The notes under the pieces were generated by a model. That model did no database searches. It was not told the origin of the DNA and saw nothing but the letters and a program-made list of their open reading frames with translations. The position numbers and the translations under genes are program-made. Positions 57,887 to 64,000 of a stretch of DNA of 64,000 nt are shown here, piece by piece; positions within the stretch are counted from its first letter, which is position 1, and each line of letters opens with the position of its first letter. The stretch is from a virus (Duplodnaviria; Caudoviricetes): positions 32,001 through 96,000 of IMG/VR virus record IMGVR_UViG_645948442_000001; one strand, written 5' to 3'.

Positions 57887-58152
57887 ACTACATCCAGAAC
57901 GACCTCATGGAGTTCGTCCCAGCCGAGAAGGTTGGCGAGGTGGCCGGTCTCGGCCCGGATGACCAGAATGTCCAGACGGTCTGGAGCAACGATCTGACAG
58001 CAGTAGAGGCCGCGAACCTGGCTCTCGCTTTGGCCGATCTCATCGGGGTGACCGTCTCCCGGGAACCCATGGGTAAGACATTGGTGCTCACCAAGAAGGG
58101 CGGGTTCAGGCTCCCTTCTGGGGCTCCCAGATACCCGCAGTTCCAAAACTGA
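57883..58152 (+). CDS. hypothetical protein
   Basis: ATGA-coupled, GGAGG RBS. Confidence 0.65.
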   Translation: MNYIQNDLMEFVPAEKVGEVAGLGPDDQNVQTVWSNDLTAVEAANLALALADLIGVTVSREPMGKTLVLTKKGGFRLPSGAPRYPQFQN

Positions 58153-58200
58153 ACAAAGCCCCTTCCCCGTGAAGGGGCTTTTGCTTTTCTCGGTTTGGGG
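58150..58200 (+). repeat. 51-bp exact direct repeat, hairpin plus promoter cassette (copy at 59863-59913)
   Basis: TGAACAAAGCCCCTTCCCCGTGAAGGGGCTTTTGCTTTTCTCGGTTTGGGG twice. Confidence 0.9.
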
Positions 58201-58236
58201 CTATACTACTTTGATCAACAACATGTGGGAACACAA

Positions 58237-58371
58237 ATGAAGTACCTCAAGGGATTCACACTCATCGAACTGATGATCGTCTTGGCAATCGTGGGCATCC
58301 TTGCCTCTATCGTCGTACCTGTATTCCAAGACCGCAACAACGACTCGGCCAACGTCGAGGTGGTCAAGTGA
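58237..58371 (+). CDS. 44-aa type IV prepilin-like peptide
   Basis: MKYLKG|FTLIELMIVLAIVGILASIVVPVFQDRNNDSANVEVVK*; class III signal; below ORF-track cutoff. Confidence 0.85.
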   Translation: MKYLKGFTLIELMIVLAIVGILASIVVPVFQDRNNDSANVEVVK

Positions 58372-58658
58372 AGGTCTGGCTCCTGCACGATGGACATGTG
58401 ATTGGTCAAACCCACATCGAAAGGGACAGCCGGGTCGCTGCTATCGAGGCGGCCAACAACTACTTGCCTCGTCAGTACCATCTGGCCAAGATGTCTGAAT
58501 CACCGGTCATGCGCATACCTGGCCAGGGCTTCTACGTCTGCGTGGACTCCATCAAGCCCCTCTACGACGATCCCATGGAGCAGCTGAGAAGCGACATCGG
58601 CATCTCCGCTGACATGATCGCAGCCCAATCCCGCGCTCAAGATATGGTTATTGCCTGA
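58368..58658 (+). CDS. hypothetical protein
   Basis: GTGA-coupled to the pilin-like gene, GAGG RBS. Confidence 0.65.
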   Translation: MKVWLLHDGHVIGQTHIERDSRVAAIEAANNYLPRQYHLAKMSESPVMRIPGQGFYVCVDSIKPLYDDPMEQLRSDIGISADMIAAQSRAQDMVIA

Positions 58659-58713
58659 CCCATCAATTTCAGGTTATACTTCCCTCACCTTCAACCCATA
58701 CGTGAGAAATATC

Positions 58714-59115
58714 ATGGCCGTCAAAGTCAAGCTCCAATTCTGCAACAACGGAAATCTCCACATGCAGCAGTGGGCCACCAAGCCCACACCAGCCCAAATC
58801 TTCGAGTGGGTTGAGACCCTGAACATCTTCCGCTGGAAGCAGATGGTGGCCCTGACCATAGGTCGTCTGATCGACAACAACACCGCTGAATTCAAGCACG
58901 AGTATTTCGTGATCAACGTGGAGGTGGACACCCCTGTCCCACCCCACCCTCTGTACAAGGACACACCGTCTGAGGTGCTGGAGCGGGCCAAGTTCGAGAC
59001 CTGGTTCAAGGCGCAGTACCACGAACGCCTGTGCCGCAACATGGCTGACCGCAGCTACAACGACCCGCATGCTCACACCATGTGGACTGCCTGGTTCGCC
59101 CGGGCCAACGACTGA
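58714..59115 (+). CDS. hypothetical protein
   Basis: After repeated promoter; ERAKFETW..W.AW.ARA C-terminus. Confidence 0.7.
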   Translation: MAVKVKLQFCNNGNLHMQQWATKPTPAQIFEWVETLNIFRWKQMVALTIGRLIDNNTAEFKHEYFVINVEVDTPVPPHPLYKDTPSEVLERAKFETWFKAQYHERLCRNMADRSYNDPHAHTMWTAWFARAND

Positions 59116-59126
59116 AAGGGAATAAG

Positions 59127-59633
59127 ATGGTTGATATCGCATACGTGGTGGCTGGCTACCAGTCCAAGACGCCCCTGTCCACCAAGGGCATTCCCACCCA
59201 GCAAGAGGTGGCCCAATGGATGCTGTCTCTGGATCTCGGAGAAGGATTCGCCAAGGAATACGCGGCGTTGATGGTCAAGATCGACGACGCTGTGGAGAAC
59301 AGGCTGGAGAAGTTCACCGTCTACGCGGAAGGTGGCCGCCACTATTCGGTCTATTTCGATTGGAGCAAAATCATCATCGGTGCCCGGCAGATCATCGAGG
59401 AGTACGCTGAAGCCAAGTCTTCGAACGACTACATGAACGACCAGGGCAGTGGCACCGCTGTGGACAAGGCCAACAGGGCATTTGACGACGCCCAGGCCTC
59501 TCTGGACAAGCTGATCGAATCGTTCCCCACCAAGGCCGAGATCGATCAGCTGCTGGGCATGGCTGGTGAGCGAATCATCGACACCCATCTGCAGAAGAAA
59601 TTCCTGGCCTTCAAGGAACACCTGGATGACTGA
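59127..59633 (+). CDS. hypothetical protein
   Basis: AAGGG RBS; typical codons. Confidence 0.7.
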   Translation: MVDIAYVVAGYQSKTPLSTKGIPTQQEVAQWMLSLDLGEGFAKEYAALMVKIDDAVENRLEKFTVYAEGGRHYSVYFDWSKIIIGARQIIEEYAEAKSSNDYMNDQGSGTAVDKANRAFDDAQASLDKLIESFPTKAEIDQLLGMAGERIIDTHLQKKFLAFKEHLDD

Positions 59634-59865
59634 CGAAGAGGACGACCATCTGATCAGATTGAATCGTCCACCCCTTGTGCAATTCCCTGCCCAGGGCATG
59701 AAGGTCACTCTGGCCTCTGGCGGCCCATGCATGATCATCATGGGAGTCACTGAAGATGGCGTCTGTGATGTCTGGTGGGATGACGCCGAGGGGAAGGTGC
59801 AGAAGTACAAGTGGGGTAGCTACATGCTCACCCCATGGCCCATACCGGCTGGTTTCAACAGATGA
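59626..59865 (+). CDS. YodC/DUF2158-like small protein
   Basis: V.LASGGP.M..C..W pattern. Confidence 0.6.
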   Translation: MTDEEDDHLIRLNRPPLVQFPAQGMKVTLASGGPCMIIMGVTEDGVCDVWWDDAEGKVQKYKWGSYMLTPWPIPAGFNR

Positions 59866-59951
59866 ACAAAGCCCCTTCCCCGTGAAGGGGCTTTTGCTTT
59901 TCTCGGTTTGGGGTTATAATGGAGGCCTCAACAAACACACTGGAGCAACAA

Positions 59952-60320
59952 ATGGAATTCAACCCAGCAGAAACCATCATCGCAGCTTCCTGCTTCATCA
60001 AATCTCTGGGCAATGACAAAGCCTTGTATCTGGACCTGAGCACCGACCATGCTCACATCATCCAGGGCAGCGACAAGGTCTTGATGACCTTCACCGCCAA
60101 CTGTGACATCTACGACGCCGACGGCCTGCACATCGGTCGCACGGGCACCAGGGGAGGCTTTTGGGTCGTCACCCAATGCCTCTACGATGGCATTCAAGCG
60201 GAGCCTGTGCCCGACGTCTGGACCCGTGGCGCCCTGGAACCCACTTTCCGGCTGGAAATACGCTTCTTCGAGGCCTACGAGGCCTGGCAAGCGACCCGCA
60301 CAGGGGCTACTGGTGGTTGA
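59952..60320 (+). CDS. hypothetical protein
   Basis: GGAG RBS after promoter cassette. Confidence 0.7.
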   Translation: MEFNPAETIIAASCFIKSLGNDKALYLDLSTDHAHIIQGSDKVLMTFTANCDIYDADGLHIGRTGTRGGFWVVTQCLYDGIQAEPVPDVWTRGALEPTFRLEIRFFEAYEAWQATRTGATGG

Positions 60321-60504
60321 GTCGGTCATCCTCACAATCCTGGCGACGGGCGGTTGGTTCTTCTACTGCACCGTGTGCTCCCTCGAGCGAGGCTTGAACG
60401 TCATAACTGTGTTCAAGACCATCTTCTACCTGTACATGGCCTGCATGTTGCTGGCCATCGGCGGGTTGACTGCATATCAGCACTATCTGGACATGTACGC
60501 ATGA
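60313..60504 (+). CDS. small two-TM membrane protein
   Basis: Hydrophobic 3' part of ORF 60103..60504. Confidence 0.55.
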   Translation: MVESVILTILATGGWFFYCTVCSLERGLNVITVFKTIFYLYMACMLLAIGGLTAYQHYLDMYA

Positions 60505-60755
60505 TCATCACTTTCCATCTCATCACCTCCGCCGTCGCCACTTTGGTATTTTGCTCGTTGGTAGGCATTTTGGTTGGGGGCGTATACATTGCCCTGCACA
60601 AAGCCCAAAACTTGAAGCAGGCGATGCCAGGCATCGCCCTGATCGTGTTGTCCGTGTTTCTGGCCATCGCCAGCATGGACCTCTACATCGAGTTCAAGGA
60701 CTGGCTGCGACTGCAGCTGGATCTCCCCTGCTACCAACTGCTGAGGTGCCTGTGA
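60501..60755 (+). CDS. small two-TM membrane protein
   Basis: ATGA-coupled; two hydrophobic segments. Confidence 0.6.
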   Translation: MIITFHLITSAVATLVFCSLVGILVGGVYIALHKAQNLKQAMPGIALIVLSVFLAIASMDLYIEFKDWLRLQLDLPCYQLLRCL

Positions 60756-61012
60756 GCCATCATCCCAGCGACCACGCAGCCAGCGGCGAGAAACACAAGG
60801 CCTCTGGCGCGATCAACGCCTACATGGTCAAGGGCCTCACCCGAAAGGGGATCGAGGTGTTTGACCAACTCGAGAGGAAGACCACGTTCCATCGTCAAGA
60901 GGCGGAACAGTACATCGTCGACCGCACCGGCGACGGGGCCAAGGAGCAATTCAAGCTGATCCACCCGGGCAGCACCAACATCAGAGCAAGATTCATCAAG
61001 GCAATAGCATGA
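60752..61012 (+). CDS. hypothetical protein
   Basis: GAGG RBS, GTG start. Confidence 0.6.
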   Translation: MSHHPSDHAASGEKHKASGAINAYMVKGLTRKGIEVFDQLERKTTFHRQEAEQYIVDRTGDGAKEQFKLIHPGSTNIRARFIKAIA

Positions 61013-61578
61013 ACCGTTCCGTACAAGACATCCTCTGGAGCATGCAGAATTCCAGCATGCGCAACTACGCAGGCATACCCGGTCTGAGCAGCCATCTACT
61101 CGGAGCAGGCGAGGGCAACAACGGCACCGTGCGCATGTTCTCCAATGCTCGTAATCACCCTGAGTTCCTGATCCCGCACAGCCACCGCTACGACTTCGCA
61201 TGTCTGGTGCTGAAGGGTAGCGTGACCAACATTCTGTACGTTCCTCTATCGGTGGGGACGGCTGAATCCGACGCCTGGTCCATCATGAAGCAGAAGTACA
61301 AGGGCTCGGCCGGTGAATACGACATGGAAGACACGGGCAAGTGGGCGTACTACAACACCGTGGAACAGCGCCACGGCGAAGGTGAGTGGTACACCATGAC
61401 CAAGGATCAAATCCACAGCATCAAGTTCAGCAAGGGTGCCCAGGTGCTGTTCTTCCAAGGCCCCAACATGTCCGACGAGACGATTGTCCTGCAGCCCCGC
61501 ATCGGCTCCGTGACCGTCCCAACATTCCACGTCGCGCCATGGATGTTCAAGCGTGACGGCGAACCCACACAAGATTGA
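61009..61578 (+). CDS. cupin-like putative metalloprotein
   Basis: PHSHRYDF..VLKG and QIHSI His motifs. Confidence 0.65.
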   Translation: MNRSVQDILWSMQNSSMRNYAGIPGLSSHLLGAGEGNNGTVRMFSNARNHPEFLIPHSHRYDFACLVLKGSVTNILYVPLSVGTAESDAWSIMKQKYKGSAGEYDMEDTGKWAYYNTVEQRHGEGEWYTMTKDQIHSIKFSKGAQVLFFQGPNMSDETIVLQPRIGSVTVPTFHVAPWMFKRDGEPTQD

Positions 61579-61590
61579 TAGGAGCAAGCA

Positions 61591-62163
61591 ATGATCGACA
61601 TCAGCAAGAATCCCTTCCGCTACCACAACAAGACGCAGGTGCGTCGCGCCATGTCCAATTTCCAGAAGGTCATGGACCAACTGAGCAACGGCCATGCGCC
61701 CCAGGTCTATGTAGGCGGCCACAAAGCCACCCACGGCGGCATCTGCTCGGCCTGCAGCCTCGGCGGGCCCAACATACCTTTGCCCAAGTGGGAGGGTTGG
61801 GTGGAATACTCTGGCTCCAGGGTGTTCCCCGTCCCAGCGCATCAATTGACGGCGGAGGAGGTCATGAAGGCGGCCAGCCATCTGCGCCGGGGCATCTACG
61901 ACGATGAGCAAAGCAAGGCCGCGTTCATCAAGGATTGGAACGGCTACAACCACAGGGCCAAAGCGGGGGCGGCTTATGGGCTCTATCACAGAAACTCCTG
62001 GGACAAGGACAACTCATACGGCGCGGCCCGTCTGCGCCTGTTCTCGTGGCTGTACTACATGCTGGTCAAGATGCATGCTCACTACCACACCAAGGACAAG
62101 GGCATCGACTTCAAGCACAAGTGGCTGAAGGATGACTCCATTGGCGAGGAGTTCAAGACTTGA
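61591..62163 (+). CDS. hypothetical protein, SG..[FY]PV/YG..R family
   Basis: GGIC..WVEYSGSRVFPVP..SYGAARLRL. Confidence 0.75.
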   Translation: MIDISKNPFRYHNKTQVRRAMSNFQKVMDQLSNGHAPQVYVGGHKATHGGICSACSLGGPNIPLPKWEGWVEYSGSRVFPVPAHQLTAEEVMKAASHLRRGIYDDEQSKAAFIKDWNGYNHRAKAGAAYGLYHRNSWDKDNSYGAARLRLFSWLYYMLVKMHAHYHTKDKGIDFKHKWLKDDSIGEEFKT

Positions 62164-62315
62164 ACACCGTAGCCATGGTCATCGCTCTGGAGGAAGAGGG
62201 CGATGACGAATGCAATGCTCAATGTGCTGAAGTGTTCAGCACAATCATCCTGGTGGCCTGTTTCTCTGTCGCTGTCGGGTTTATCTGCGGTCTGTATCGT
62301 AGCTGGAGGGGTTGA
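62160..62315 (+). CDS. small membrane protein (51 aa)
   Basis: GAGGAG RBS, TTG start, one TM; hand-translated. Confidence 0.5.
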   Translation: MNTVAMVIALEEEGDDECNAQCAEVFSTIILVACFSVAVGFICGLYRSWRG

Positions 62316-62683
62316 TGAAAGAGGATGTGATCAACATCAAGTTGGAGGCCAGGATCAGGAAGGTTCTGATTCTGTACGAGGAGCTGATGGACATGGCCAG
62401 GGAAGGTTCCATCGCCCCGGGCGCCATCAAGGTCAAGAGCATGCGGGCTGGTTCCTTCCTCATGGAGATGGTGGGCTCCAGCCGTGAGCAGGACAAGATG
62501 TGGAGCGACTTGATCGAAATCTGGTGTCTCCAGAACAGCAGGCGCAAGGAGTGGGATGGCGACCACCCCTTCAACGCCAGCAGACAAGAGGCCATCGCCG
62601 AGCATCAGGGTGGCACACTCCACCTCAACAAGCTCTACGAATCGTTCATCGACTGGGCCATCAGGTATCTCCATGCCCCATGA
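62315..62683 (+). CDS. hypothetical protein
   Basis: GGAGG RBS. Confidence 0.65.
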   Translation: MKEDVINIKLEARIRKVLILYEELMDMAREGSIAPGAIKVKSMRAGSFLMEMVGSSREQDKMWSDLIEIWCLQNSRRKEWDGDHPFNASRQEAIAEHQGGTLHLNKLYESFIDWAIRYLHAP

Positions 62684-63050
62684 TCCATTGTGCCTCGCGC
62701 CGATGGGCGGAGCTTGCGATTGCTGGCTGATCCCTGCTAGCAACGTCACCAAGGCCAAGGCCGAGGATGGCAGTGATGTGTACGTGGTCAAACGGGACGG
62801 CCGCAAGCCGCATCCTGGTGATGGCCCCATGTTCATCAAGCCCAGGGTCGTCAGCGGCCCAAAGACCTATCGCACTGAATGCGGTCACTGCGGTTCAGTG
62901 GTCGACTACAACCTGACCATGATGCAAGTCACCCGGTTGGGTACGTCAAGGGATGGCCCCGTCCATCGCCCCATCATGCCTTGTCCCGTTTGCGGTACAA
63001 GGATCACCCACTATCACAACCTGGCCAAGGAGGCCCCAAAGGAAGCATGA
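62673..63050 (+). CDS. zinc-ribbon protein
   Basis: CGHC..CPVC plus N-terminal H..C..CDC. Confidence 0.65.
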   Translation: MPHDPLCLAPMGGACDCWLIPASNVTKAKAEDGSDVYVVKRDGRKPHPGDGPMFIKPRVVSGPKTYRTECGHCGSVVDYNLTMMQVTRLGTSRDGPVHRPIMPCPVCGTRITHYHNLAKEAPKEA

Positions 63051-63541
63051 CAGAAGCAACGAAGACATTTGAGCCCAGCAACTTCCTCCAGAGCGAGGAG
63101 GAGATTCAAGCCTGGCTCGATGAAATGAGCATGGAGGCAGCCAAAGCCCGAGCGCGCCTGGCCGCCAAAGCAGAAGCCCCTGATGTGGTGCACACCCTGC
63201 GGCTCGATGAGATCGAGCTCGTTGAGGTGGTTGAACTCTGTACCGGCCACGCCCCAAGCATCAATGACATCCGTGAGGTGGGTTACGACCACCGACTCGG
63301 CACCGTCACCATCTTCATCAAGCACGGCCCTGACGGCGTGGGCCCCATCAAGATCCAGTACGGCATTCCTCGCGAGATCGTTGATCTCGACGCCGGCAAG
63401 CGCCTCAAGGCCGCGCGCATCTGGGCTGCTGAACAAGACCTGGCGGCTGCCTTGCTCGAGAGGGATGAGATCGAGAAGGAAATCACCTACGCCAAGCAAT
63501 GCCTGGCTGCGGCGAAGGAAATGCCTGATGGCTATCAGTGA
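63047..63541 (+). CDS. hypothetical protein with antitoxin-like N-terminus
   Basis: TKTFEPSNFLQSEEEIQAWL; AAGGA RBS. Confidence 0.65.
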   Translation: MTEATKTFEPSNFLQSEEEIQAWLDEMSMEAAKARARLAAKAEAPDVVHTLRLDEIELVEVVELCTGHAPSINDIREVGYDHRLGTVTIFIKHGPDGVGPIKIQYGIPREIVDLDAGKRLKAARIWAAEQDLAAALLERDEIEKEITYAKQCLAAAKEMPDGYQ

Positions 63542-63692
63542 GACAAAGCTGATCATCTTCGAGCAGGCGCTCGGTTTCTATCTGTGGTCCTTCGCATCGA
63601 ACACCCAACATACCGATGAGTTCCGCATCAAGCATCAACGTGAATCGGCCGCAGCGTATGCCTCGGCCAGAAAGAAAATGGGCATTGAATGA
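63528..63692 (+). CDS. small hypothetical protein
   Basis: Overlapping ORF end between neighbours. Confidence 0.5.
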   Translation: MAISETKLIIFEQALGFYLWSFASNTQHTDEFRIKHQRESAAAYASARKKMGIE

Positions 63693-64000
63693 GCAAGTTC
63701 ATCAAGTACAACGACACCAAGCAGTTCCGTGACATCAACTCCCATGTCCGCAACTGGTCCAACCACCATGGCGCCAAGCCGCCTGTGCTGATCTTCAGCG
63801 CCACCGTCAAGCTGCATGGCACCAACGCCTCGGTCATCTTCAGCGGTGAGCAGTGTGAGTACCACTACTGCCAATCTCGCAACCGTGTGCTGACTCCCGC
63901 CTCGGACAACGCAGGCTTCGCCGCATTCGTCGAGGGCACAGCCCTGGAGGAACTGCGGGCCATCGCTCTGGAAGTGCGCAAGGATCACCCCGGCAGCACA
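63689..64000 (+). CDS. RNA ligase, Rnl2-like (partial, runs off window)
   Basis: Hand translation: motif I VKLHGTNA, QSRNR, DNAGFA. Confidence 0.8.
   Translation, partial: MSKFIKYNDTKQFRDINSHVRNWSNHHGAKPPVLIFSATVKLHGTNASVIFSGEQCEYHYCQSRNRVLTPASDNAGFAAFVEGTALEELRAIALEVRKDHPGST

Noticed and set aside
41754-59920. Repeats as a CRISPR array or integron attC sites
   Set aside because: Spacing is kilobase-scale and irregular, with no cas or integrase gene and no attC core sites; they read as terminator+promoter units.
1-64000. tRNA or rRNA genes
   Set aside because: No cloverleaf with T-loop and acceptor stem, and no rRNA-like sequence, was seen in the intergenic gaps; this was by eye only.

Overview
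This 64 kb window is part of a GC-rich, T4-like myovirus genome. Gene content (thymidine hypermodification enzymes, glutathionylspermidine-synthase-like gene, head/tail order) suggests the Delftia phiW-14 / Acidovorax ACP17-type lineage; this is inference, not a database result. Bases ~536-28070 (minus strand) are the late virion module: gp23, 22, 21, 68, 20, 19, 18, 17, 16, 15, 14, 13, a 1615-aa structural protein, a variable fibre/adhesin cassette and baseplate gp6. From ~28100 on, genes run on the plus strand: DinG-type helicase, 5-hmdU DNA kinase, HNH endonuclease (minus), dCMP deaminase, PhoH, two-gene gp5, gp25, then small early genes separated by repeated hairpin+promoter cassettes. Best leads: (1) a ~510-nt highly base-paired non-coding element with its own promoter at the strand switch; (2) a large terminase broken into two genes by an atypically split intein in the Walker A motif; (3) a 44-aa headless type IV pilin missed by the ORF track; (4) an acyl-carrier-protein look-alike lacking the phosphopantetheine serine; (5) a shared C-terminal GLGxFF clamp-binding-like motif; (6) an HNH gene that appears to have replaced the 3' end of its target gene. 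All calls come from reading motifs by eye; no searches or folding programs were run.
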